Source: Candidatus Eiseniibacteriota bacterium (lineage in GTDB: Bacteria > Eisenbacteria > RBG-16-71-46 > DASYSL01). Taken from it: DNA of 25,550 bases. The first letter of the stretch is position 1, and the number at the start of each line of letters is the position of its first letter. Made by a program: the position numbers and the translations under genes. Below are positions 1-7,662 of this stretch, in pieces. Location of the stretch: contig JANPEF010000050.1 of NCBI GenBank assembly GCA_031431875.1, positions 1 to 25,550 of the forward strand, written 5' to 3'. The notes under the pieces were generated by a model that was given only the letters and a program-made list of their open reading frames with translations, was not told the DNA's origin and ran no database searches.

Positions 1-656
1 GTATCGTTGTTCGGGTCGTTCGCCGTGACGAACTCGCTGTTCTTCGCCCACTCGAATTCGACGCCGGTGGCCAGCTCGATCCAGGCCGTCGACGTGAAGT
101 GAGCGCAAACCGGCACTTCGACACCACCGCAATCGGCACCCGGCGTAGTCGCACCGGCAACCGAGAAGCTGTGATCGAAGAGGAAACGCGCGAGGAAGTA
201 GCGCTGCGCCGGGTTCGAAGTGGCGATGCCCGACGGATACGCGTTGGCGAGCACGGCACGAGCCTTGCCCGTCACGGCATCCACCGAGTAGTCCTTGATC
301 TGCAGCGACTGTGCGAGGCCCTGAAGCGACGGGCAGGTCTTGACAACCGCCGCCGGGGCCAGGTGATCGATCGTGATGAACGACGAGCCCTGGCAGCCGG
401 CCGCGTCGAAACGCCACGCATCGCGGAGCGGGCCTGCCGAGCCCGAACCGAGCACGACGAACACCTGGTAGCCACTGTGCGGAATGCTCTGGCCGATGAC
501 CGAAGCGTACAGGCTGTTCAGCGCGTCCGGCGTAATGGTGCGATTGAGCGGGCCGGTGCAGCTGTTCCAGTTGAGGCTGGCCACACCCTGCGCCGACGCA
601 GTCGTGGCGACAGCACCCAGCATGATGAGCGAAACGAGGAAGCGAGTCACCTTCAT
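1..656 (-). CDS. Secreted Cys-containing hypothetical protein, 3' end outside the window
   Basis: Not in the ORF track because it runs off the edge. Manual translation from ATG at 656: MKVTRFLVSLIMLGAVATTASAQGVASLNWNSCTGPLNRT...FEWAKNSEFVTANDPNND, with no stop before position 1. Sec signal peptide (ASA|Q) and a GGAGG RBS just upstream. Confidence 0.85.
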   Translation of the reverse strand, partial: MKVTRFLVSLIMLGAVATTASAQGVASLNWNSCTGPLNRTITPDALNSLYASVIGQSIPHSGYQVFVVLGSGSAGPLRDAWRFDAAGCQGSSFITIDHLAPAAVVKTCPSLQGLAQSLQIKDYSVDAVTGKARAVLANAYPSGIATSNPAQRYFLARFLFDHSFSVAGATTPGADCGGVEVPVCAHFTSTAWIELATGVEFEWAKNSEFVTANDPNND

Positions 657-844
657 TGGAGCCTCCAAACCCGGATCCCTACGCAAGGGGGGGGTAAGCG
701 TTGCAGTTGGTACGGGCAAACAACACGGACAATGAGTTGATCGATTTCTACAAGTCGTGCGCCTTCGAGGTCTCTGGACCCTCACCTCCTCCGCTTTCAC
801 GAAGTCCGTTTTCAGCACACGCCTCCTTGAAACCACTTCAGGGC

Positions 845-895
845 GGCGGTCACCCCGTGCGGAGTTTTCGCCCCGCACGAGAATTCCGGACCGCC
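845..895 (-). other. Nested stem-loop just downstream of the 907..1518 gene (3' stabiliser or processing element)
   Basis: Outer arms GGCGGTC (845-851) / GACCGCC (889-895); inner arms CGTGCGG (856-862) / CCGCACG (873-879). No U-tract. Confidence 0.45.
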
Positions 896-906
896 TTCGA
901 ACGCGC

Positions 907-1518
907 TTACGGGCAGTACGTCCCGATCACGCCACCCAGGAACTGGGCCGAGAAAATCACGAAGTCACCGAGACCGGTGTTGCCGTTCAGGTCGAAGTCG
1001 GTCTGCTGCGTCGCGGGGGCCGAAAGGAAAGCCGACGAGAAGAGAACGAAGTCGCCGAGGCCGGTGCGGCCGTCGAGACCGTCGATATCCGTCGAACGAC
1101 CCTTCACCACGAAGAGCGGAACGCCATCGGCGATGACGTCGACGTTGTTCGCGTTGTCGAACTTGGCAGCGCGCGAGGCGAAGTTGACGGCGCCGCTGGC
1201 GTTGGTCACGCGGCTGATCGTCTTGGCCGCGCAGTTGAGCGTCGTGCCCGCGTTCTGGGCGTTGAAGACCTTCATCGGCGTGGCCGAGAAGTCGAGCGTC
1301 ACCGTACGGCCAGGAAGCGGTGCGGCGTTGATGTCCTTCACGAGCACGTCGAAGCCTGCGGGCGTACCACCGATCGCCGTTCCCGAAGCGTTGCCCACGA
1401 CGACGGCATCGCTGGTCGAGAAGACGTTACTCGGAACGCCAGCCGAAGCCACGGAGGCCACGACCGCAAACCCGGCGGCGAAGGTGAGAGCCTTCCGAAC
1501 CATTCCAGTCATTTTCAC
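907..1518 (-). CDS. Secreted protein with an Ig-like/beta-rich N-terminal region and a C-terminal dockerin-like double EF-hand repeat
   Basis: Signal peptide (…VVASVASA|G); GAGGAGG RBS before GTG 1518 (ATG 1512 is an alternative start). Duplicated motif DIDGLDGRTGLGDFVLFSSAF / DFDLNGNTGLGDFVIFSAQF. Confidence 0.8.
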   Translation of the reverse strand: MKMTGMVRKALTFAAGFAVVASVASAGVPSNVFSTSDAVVVGNASGTAIGGTPAGFDVLVKDINAAPLPGRTVTLDFSATPMKVFNAQNAGTTLNCAAKTISRVTNASGAVNFASRAAKFDNANNVDVIADGVPLFVVKGRSTDIDGLDGRTGLGDFVLFSSAFLSAPATQQTDFDLNGNTGLGDFVIFSAQFLGGVIGTYCP

Positions 1519-1727
1519 GTACCTCCTCGAAGGAAACTCCGGTCACCGTAACGCATGCAAGTGCAAGCTGCTGACTGTGGTCGATGGTGGCTGGCTCGTA
1601 CACCCCCTTTCAACAACTGGCTTTTTCAATTCGACGAAAAGTGCGGAACCCGCTGTAGCCGAGCAAATCTCGAACGACAAATCGGGCCGATGTGCGCCTG
1701 GGGGACGGACATCGTCTAACGCGAAGA

Positions 1728-1756
1728 AGGCTACCAGCCTAGCTCCGGAATGTCAA
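1728..1756 (-). promoter_or_regulatory. Putative sigma70 promoter for the secreted-protein pair
   Basis: TTGACA, 17 nt spacer, TAGCCT preceded by TGn, on the minus strand. Confidence 0.55.
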
Positions 1757-1985
1757 CCCGAAAGTCGGGTCGCGCGGGGGATGCTCGGCGCGTCCTCCGA
1801 CATGAACCCCGCCCCGGATCCCCTGGTTCCGAACTTTTTCTTTGCAACTCTCGGCCGATCCCGCCGGAGGCAGGATTCTACCCCTGAATTCGACGGCCAG
1901 AATCGGCCCCAGCGCCCTCCCCGAACGGGGAACCCAAACGATTGGCTCACCTAAAGACAATATTCCCAATCACTTACAAAATCGA

Positions 1986-2059
1986 TGGGCGAAACAGGAT
2001 TCGAACCTGTGACCCCTTGCTTGTAAGGCAAGTGCTCTAACCAGCTGAGCTATTCGCCC
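1986..2059 (-). tRNA. tRNA-Val(TAC), CCA not encoded
   Basis: GGGCGAA/TTCGCCC acceptor stem, CTTGC-CTTACAA-GCAAG anticodon arm, GGTTCGAATCC T-arm. Confidence 0.96.
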
Positions 2060-2370
2060 CCGGGAGCGCCGGGTTTCTCTACCTTTCGCGGCCGGTCGCG
2101 CCAGACGATCCCGAGGGGGATCAGGGCGCAATAGCCGACCACGATCAGGGCCGGCGCCAGGGAGATGTCCCCGCGGGCCAGCAGGACGTAGCCGATCCCG
2201 GCGGCGAGCACTCCGGCCCCCATGAGCAGCCAGTTGTTGCGCCCGAAGGCGAGGAACGGCTCGTGGCGAACGCTCTCTCCGCGCAGGGCCAGGCGGGCCG
2301 CCTGGGCGCCGCGGGCGTTGGCGGGGCGGCGCGACGAACGCGCGTCGCGCACCGGTCGGGGCGCACTCAT
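2050..2370 (-). CDS. Small membrane protein, DUF3098-like
   Basis: ATG 2370 overlaps the larE stop (TGATG). FGRNNWLLMGAGVLAAGIGYVLL…SLAPALIVVGYCALIPLGI gives two TM helices typical of DUF3098. Confidence 0.7.
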   Translation of the reverse strand: MSAPRPVRDARSSRRPANARGAQAARLALRGESVRHEPFLAFGRNNWLLMGAGVLAAGIGYVLLARGDISLAPALIVVGYCALIPLGIVWRDRPRKVEKPGAPGGE

Positions 2371-3236
2371 CAGGTCGAACTCCGGGTGAGGGGAACGGAG
2401 ACGGCCGGCAGCGTCTCGTTGAGGCTGCCGGATCGGAAGCCTTGCAGGTCGAGTGCGACGTAGGCAAAACCCAGGCGCTTGAGCGCCTGGACGCATTCAT
2501 CCCGCAAGGGATCAGTCACCAGACGTGCAAACTCCGCAGGTTCCAGTTCGAGGCGGGCGACGCTGCCGTGGTGCCGCAGGCGCACCTCGCGGAAGCCGCG
2601 CTCGCGGAACCACAGCTCGCCGGCCTCGACCTGCGTCAGCTGCTCGGCGGTGATGCGGCTGCCGTAGGGAAAGCGCGACGACAGGCACGGCATCGCCGGC
2701 TTGTCGGCCGACGGCAGGCCAAGCTGCGCCGCCAGCGCGCGGACCTCGGCCTTGGTGAAGCCCAGCGCGGCCAGCGGCGAGCGCACGCCGTGCTCGCCGG
2801 CGGCGCGATGTCCGGGGCGGTGATCACCGAGATCGTCGGCATTCGTGCCGTCGACGACGGCGGCGAAGTCTTCGCTCGCGGCCAGTGCGGCGAGCTGCAC
2901 GTAGAGCTCGCCCTTGCAGAAGTAGCAGCGATTCGACGGATTCGAGGCGAAGCGCGGATCGTCGAGCTCGGCGGTGGCGACGACGCGCGGCTCGATGCCG
3001 AGTTGCCGCGCCTGGGCCAGGGCCGACTCGAGTTCACTCGTGGCGTAGGTGGCCGAGCGGCCGATGACAGCGAGGGCGCGCGCACCCAGTTCCTCGCGCG
3101 CAACGGCGAGCACGACGCTCGAGTCGACGCCGCCGGAGTAGGCGACGACACAGGAGCCGAGCTCGCGCAGGAAGGCCCGCAACGCTGCGACGCGCGTCGC
3201 GAAATCGGTCGGTGAGACAGTGATGCGTTCGATCAA
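2370..3236 (-). CDS. larE: LarE-family ATP-dependent sulfur transferase (PP-loop)
   Basis: AYSGGVDS PP-loop, NRCYFCK, DGTNADDLGDHRPG, PCLSSRFPYG, C-terminal DLQGFRSGSLN. Confidence 0.9.
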   Translation of the reverse strand: MIERITVSPTDFATRVAALRAFLRELGSCVVAYSGGVDSSVVLAVAREELGARALAVIGRSATYATSELESALAQARQLGIEPRVVATAELDDPRFASNPSNRCYFCKGELYVQLAALAASEDFAAVVDGTNADDLGDHRPGHRAAGEHGVRSPLAALGFTKAEVRALAAQLGLPSADKPAMPCLSSRFPYGSRITAEQLTQVEAGELWFRERGFREVRLRHHGSVARLELEPAEFARLVTDPLRDECVQALKRLGFAYVALDLQGFRSGSLNETLPAVSVPLTRSST

Positions 3237-3247
3237 GGAACGGACCC

Positions 3248-4366
3248 TCAGTCGGAGTCGGGAACGGCGACGGTCGCGGGCGCGACGAACCGGGCGCCGG
3301 TCGAGTCCAGCGGGACGAACCCGCCGCCGAGGGAATCGGGCAGCGCCGCCCGCGCGGAGCGCACGCGCGCCACGGCGGCCAGGTGCTGCTCACCCGTCTC
3401 GGTGAAGACGTGGCCCCCGTCGCCCCGGGCGACGAAGAACAACTCGCGGCTCCCGGGAGTCGGATTGAGGACGGCCTGCACGCTGGAGCGACCGGGGTTG
3501 CCGATCGGCCCCGGCGGCAGCCCCGGGTGCATGTACGTATTGTACGGGCTTTCGATCCGGAGGTCCGAGTAGAAGATGCGCGCCCGGTGGCCCCCCAGCG
3601 CGTACTGGACCGTCGGATCGGCCTGCAGCAGCATCTTGCGCCGCAGCCGGTTCAGGTAGACGGCCGCGATCCGGGGCCGCTCCGAGCCGAGCATCGCCTC
3701 GGCCTCGACGATCGAGGCGAGGGTCAGGATCTCGTGGGGCGTGAACTCGAGCGCGATCGGTCCGCCGCGGGCCACTTCCTCGGCCAGAATGCGCCGGGTC
3801 TGGGCGGCCATCGTGCGCACGATGGTCTCGGCCGTGGTGGTCGGCAGGAATGCGTAGGTCTCGGGGAACAGGTAGCCCTCGAGCGTCGGGCCGGGGCACG
3901 CGAACTCGGCCCGCAGTGCCGAATCGGCGACGGCGGCGAGAAAGACCTCGGGGTCGATCCCCAGACGGTCCGCGAACAGGCTCGCGAGGTCGCGCGCGGT
4001 TTGCCCCTCGCGGATGGTCACCAGGTTCTGGCCGCTCATGCCGCGCACCAGCGTGGTCAGGATCGAGAGGACCGAGTCGCCGCGATGAAACGTGTACTGC
4101 CCGGCCTTGAGCTGGCGGTCGGTCGCCGTCGCGCGCGCCAGGATCGAGAACGCGAACGGGCTCTTGAGCAGGCCGGCCTGCACCAGGTCGCGGGCGATCT
4201 CGTCGATCGTCGCGCCGGGGCGAATGAACAGCGTCGCGTCCTCGCCCGTGCGACGGAAGCCGCTGGGGAAGAACACGTCGCGCACGACCAGTCCGATCAG
4301 CACCAGCGCCAGGACGTAGACGAGCTGGCGCGGATGGAAGCCACGCCGACGCGGGGCCGGCTTCAT
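3248..4366 (-). CDS. mltG: Endolytic transglycosylase MltG
   Basis: ATG 4366 in an ATGA overlap with ruvX; N-terminal TM helix; LEGYLFPETY, LASIVEAE, LQADPTVQY, SPYNTYxxxGLPPGPIGNPG. Confidence 0.95.
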   Translation of the reverse strand: MKPAPRRRGFHPRQLVYVLALVLIGLVVRDVFFPSGFRRTGEDATLFIRPGATIDEIARDLVQAGLLKSPFAFSILARATATDRQLKAGQYTFHRGDSVLSILTTLVRGMSGQNLVTIREGQTARDLASLFADRLGIDPEVFLAAVADSALRAEFACPGPTLEGYLFPETYAFLPTTTAETIVRTMAAQTRRILAEEVARGGPIALEFTPHEILTLASIVEAEAMLGSERPRIAAVYLNRLRRKMLLQADPTVQYALGGHRARIFYSDLRIESPYNTYMHPGLPPGPIGNPGRSSVQAVLNPTPGSRELFFVARGDGGHVFTETGEQHLAAVARVRSARAALPDSLGGGFVPLDSTGARFVAPATVAVPDSD

Positions 4367-4908
4367 GCGCCGGACTCCGCGGCCGGCGTGCGGCTCCCCC
4401 CACCGCGGGCCCCCGGATGGGCATCGAGCCACGACTGCAGCAACAGGAGCGCAGCGCGCTGGTCGATCCGCGCCTTGTCCTCCTGGCTCGCCCGCGTGCG
4501 TTCGCGGCCGCCGCCCTTGCGCGACCCGGCGGACCAGCCTTCCTCGCGCAGCGAGCGCTCGGCCTGGACGCTGGTCAGGCGCTCGTCCCACGTCTCGACC
4601 GGCACGGCCGCTCCCAGTTTCGCCACCAGCGCGGCGACGAGCCCGGTGACGCGCTCGGCGGCCTCGCCGGCGCGTCCCGACAACTCGAGCGGCAGCCCGA
4701 CCACGACGCGCTCGATGGCGTGTGCAGCAACGGTCTCGGCGATGGCGTCGGCAGCAGCGCGGGTGGCCCGACGAGCGGCGTCGCCGGGGTTGCCGGCGAA
4801 GGCGGGCAGGATCAAGGGAGGCAGCGGTTGGGCGGTGATGCCGAGTTCGTCGGAACGCGCGAGGCCAAGGCGGCGGACGCCCCAGTCAACGGCGAGGATG
4901 CGGGCCAC
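4363..4908 (-). CDS. ruvX: Holliday junction resolvase-like / pre-16S rRNA nuclease RuvX (YqgF)
   Basis: RILAVDWGVRRLGLA, VVVGLPL, WDERLTS, IDQRAALLLLQSWLD motifs. Confidence 0.92.
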   Translation of the reverse strand: MARILAVDWGVRRLGLARSDELGITAQPLPPLILPAFAGNPGDAARRATRAAADAIAETVAAHAIERVVVGLPLELSGRAGEAAERVTGLVAALVAKLGAAVPVETWDERLTSVQAERSLREEGWSAGSRKGGGRERTRASQEDKARIDQRAALLLLQSWLDAHPGARGGGSRTPAAESGA

Positions 4909-4928
4909 CGTGCCGGACCGGCCGCTCG

Positions 4929-5402
4929 TCAGGCGGCGCTCTGGTTGCCGTTCTTGCCGGCGGTGCGGCGCACCTTGACCAGCCGCACGGTCGTGCCCTC
5001 GGGGCCGAAGGCGAAGTCGACCGAATCCATGCAGGATCTCATCATGTAGATGCCGCGGCCGCGCAGGTCGAGCAGGTGCTCGGGCGATGTGATGTCGGTG
5101 AGCAGCTTCTCGACGTCGAAGCCCTTGCCCAGGTCATGGACGACGACCTCGAGCTTGTCGGGGTGGAGCAGGAACGACATGTCGACCTGCTTTGCCGGGT
5201 CGATGCGGTTGCCGTGCTGGATCGCATTCGTGCCGGCCTCGAGCACCGAGATCGAGATCTGCATCCTGCTCTCGTCGTCGAACTCCATCCGCTCGCTGAT
5301 GCCCGCGGCGAGCTGATCGACCAGCCGCAACAGTTCGAGCCGGCTGGGGATGGTCAGGTGGATCGTCTCGATAGCGACGGGCGACGAGGTGGGTGCGCTC
5401 AC
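4929..5402 (-). CDS. RsbW/SpoIIAB-like anti-sigma factor (HATPase_c)
   Basis: GTG 5402 with AGGAG RBS; EAGTNAIQHG (N box), DLGKGFD (G1), GRGIYMM (G2), GTTVRL. Confidence 0.88.
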   Translation of the reverse strand: MSAPTSSPVAIETIHLTIPSRLELLRLVDQLAAGISERMEFDDESRMQISISVLEAGTNAIQHGNRIDPAKQVDMSFLLHPDKLEVVVHDLGKGFDVEKLLTDITSPEHLLDLRGRGIYMMRSCMDSVDFAFGPEGTTVRLVKVRRTAGKNGNQSAA

Positions 5403-5430
5403 TGGGGGGACTCCTGGACGCGCGTCACGG

Positions 5431-6456
5431 TCAGGCCGGGCGGAATGAAAACCCGAGCGCCTCGAGCGCCCGGGCGATGTCGTCGGGCAGCGGCGAGGTG
5501 AACGACAACTCCTCGCCGGTGCCCGGATGGCGAAACGACAGGCGTACGGCATGCAAAGCCTGCCGACCCAGATCGTCCACCAATCGGGAGGCGAGTCTAC
5601 GGTCGGCCGGAGGGAGGCTCAAGGTCTTTTTGGCACCGCCGCCGTAGGTCTCATCCCCCACCACGGCGTGCCCCCGGTGACTCAAGTGGACCCGGATCTG
5701 GTGCGTGCGCCCGGTCTCGAGCGAGCACTCAAGCAGCGCGAAGCGCGGCCTTTGGGCGTCAACGGGCAGGCGTGCCAGGACGCGCACCCGCGTCGCCGCG
5801 GCCCGCGAGCCCGGCCGGCCCGAGGGCACGACGGCCATGCGCAGGCGGTCCTTGCGATCGCGGCCGATCGGGGCCTCGATGCGCTCCTTTTCGAAGCGCG
5901 GCGCGCCCCACACCAGCGCCAGGTAGGTGCGGCGGATCTCGCGCGCGGCCAGGGCCTCGGTGAGGGCCCGGTGGGTGGCCGTCGTCTTGGCGACCAGCAG
6001 CAGTCCGCTCGTGTCCTTGTCGAGCCGGTGCACGAGGCCGGGCCGCGAGGCGCCCCCCACGCCCGCAATCATGGGCGCATGGGCGAGCAGCGCGTGGACG
6101 AGCGTGCCCGTGCGGACGCCCGCGCCCGGATGGACGACCAGCCCGGCAGGCTTGTCGACGACGAGCAGATCGTCGTCCTCGTAGACGATCGAGAGCGGCA
6201 CGTCCTCGGGGACGAGGCCGCCCAGCGACGCCGCCGGCATCTCGGCCACGACCACGGTGCCCGCCCGCGTCGCCTCGGAGGACTTGACGTTCTTGCCGTC
6301 GACCAGGATGTGGCCGTCTTCGATCAGCGTCTGGATGCGGCCGCGGGTGAGGTCGGGCCAGGCCTGCGCGAGCACGCGATCAAGCCGGACGCCCTGCTCC
6401 TCCAGCGTCACCTGGTGCGTCCGCCGGGATGCCTCAGGGATCGGAGTCGAGCTCAT
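5431..6456 (-). CDS. rluD: RluA-family pseudouridine synthase (RluD-like, S4 domain)
   Basis: RLDRVLA S4 domain, VDKPAGLVVHPG, HRLDKDTSG catalytic motif, ETGRTHQIRVH, QALHA. Confidence 0.93.
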   Translation of the reverse strand: MSSTPIPEASRRTHQVTLEEQGVRLDRVLAQAWPDLTRGRIQTLIEDGHILVDGKNVKSSEATRAGTVVVAEMPAASLGGLVPEDVPLSIVYEDDDLLVVDKPAGLVVHPGAGVRTGTLVHALLAHAPMIAGVGGASRPGLVHRLDKDTSGLLLVAKTTATHRALTEALAAREIRRTYLALVWGAPRFEKERIEAPIGRDRKDRLRMAVVPSGRPGSRAAATRVRVLARLPVDAQRPRFALLECSLETGRTHQIRVHLSHRGHAVVGDETYGGGAKKTLSLPPADRRLASRLVDDLGRQALHAVRLSFRHPGTGEELSFTSPLPDDIARALEALGFSFRPA

Positions 6457-6946
6457 GCGGGGCCTCGTGGGCGTCGGGACCGAAGAGAAGCGTCCACGCG
6501 AACAGCGCGACGCCGACCGTGATCGCCGAGTCGGCGGCGTTGAACACGGGGAACATGTTGCGGCCGAAGCCGAAGTCGAGGAAGTCGACGACCGAGCCCC
6601 AGCGGACGCGATCGAGCAGGTTGCCCGCCGCGCCGCCGATGACGCAGCCGAGGGCGAGCGAGCGCAGCCAGGTGCGGCTGCGCGACTGGAGGGCGAGCCC
6701 GATGACGAGCAGGAGCGCGGCGGCCGTGATCACCGCGAACGGCAGGCCCTGCCCCGCACCCAGGCCGAAGGCCACGCCGGTGTTGCGCACGTAGGTCAGC
6801 CGCATCCAGTCGCCGAACAGCGGCTTCGAGTGGACCAGCGCCAACTCGCTGACCGCCCACGCCTTGCTCCAGCGATCGAGCGCGAAGACGGCGAGGGCCG
6901 CCAGCCAGACGGCGAGAAACGTGGGATGACGCCAGGCGGCACGCAT
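6434..6946 (-). CDS. lspA: Lipoprotein signal peptidase II
   Basis: DRWSK, NTGVAFG, GGAAGNLLDR, VVDFLD, FNAADSAI. Confidence 0.96.
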   Translation of the reverse strand: MRAAWRHPTFLAVWLAALAVFALDRWSKAWAVSELALVHSKPLFGDWMRLTYVRNTGVAFGLGAGQGLPFAVITAAALLLVIGLALQSRSRTWLRSLALGCVIGGAAGNLLDRVRWGSVVDFLDFGFGRNMFPVFNAADSAITVGVALFAWTLLFGPDAHEAPHELDSDP

Positions 6947-6949
6947 GCG

Positions 6950-7642
6950 TCAGCGGCGGCCCGCCTTCTCCTCCTTCTCCTTGCAGGTGATGCACAGGCG
7001 GGCGTGGGGCACCACCTCGAGCCGCTGCGGCGCGATCGGCTTGTTGCACGTCTCGCACATCCCGTAGTCGCCGCCGTACAGGCGCCGCAGCGCCTCGTCG
7101 ACATCGTACAGCGCGCGGCCCTCGGTCGAGGCGAAGAGGAACGCCTTCTCGCGCTCCATCGCGTCGGTGCCCGCGTCGGCCATGTGGAACGAGTAGCCCG
7201 ACAGGTCCCCCGACGAGTCCCGCGGATTCTTGTTGAGCACGTTGGCCTCGAGGTACCCGAGCTCCTTGAGCAGGCGCCCGCGCTCCTCGAGCAGGCGGCC
7301 CTCGAAGTGCTTGTGGTCCGCGGCGCTCACGCGCTCGACGACCGCAGGCTGCTTCGCCACCGGCGCGGGCGCGGGACGCGTCGCCGGCGGCGCGAACTTC
7401 GCCGCCGGGGCGGGCCGGACCGCGGGTGCCGCCACCGGCGCGCGCCTTGCGGGGTTGGCGGGCTTGGCCGGCCTGGCCGTCTTGGTCGCGGGCCGGGCGA
7501 CCACGGAAGGCTTGGCGGGCTTCGCGGCGGGCCGGGCCTTCGCCTTGGCCAGCGCGGGCTTCGCGGCCGCGACCTTCATCCTCGCCCGGGCACGGGAGGA
7601 CGAAGCCGCGGAGGAGGTCGTCGGGCTCTTGCGGGCAGGCAT
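6950..7642 (-). CDS. DksA/TraR C4-type zinc-finger protein with an Ala/Pro/Lys/Arg-rich N-terminal extension
   Basis: ATG 7642 with a GGAG-type RBS; HMADAGTD coiled-coil tip; YGMCETC…RLEVVPHARLCITC. The longer 6950..8716 track ORF is a spurious extension over the upstream genes. Confidence 0.88.
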   Translation of the reverse strand: MPARKSPTTSSAASSSRARARMKVAAAKPALAKAKARPAAKPAKPSVVARPATKTARPAKPANPARRAPVAAPAVRPAPAAKFAPPATRPAPAPVAKQPAVVERVSAADHKHFEGRLLEERGRLLKELGYLEANVLNKNPRDSSGDLSGYSFHMADAGTDAMEREKAFLFASTEGRALYDVDEALRRLYGGDYGMCETCNKPIAPQRLEVVPHARLCITCKEKEEKAGRR

Positions 7643-7662
7643 GGAGTCTCCTCGCTCGGGGG

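Noticed and set aside
687..694. G8 tract in the leader of the first gene (another at 13158-13165)
   Set aside because: Short, non-coding and unsurprising in a GC-rich genome; no evidence of phase variation.
679..819. Possible 46-codon minus-strand ORF (MLKTDFVKAEEV…) after AAGGAGG
   Set aside because: SD-to-GTG spacing is only 3 nt and the composition is not protein-like; kept only as an alternative explanation for the orphan SD.
99..1954. Plus-strand ORFs 99..740, 701..1954 and 757..1551
   Set aside because: Antisense shadows of the two minus-strand genes, which have RBSs and signal peptides; long shadow ORFs are expected at high GC.
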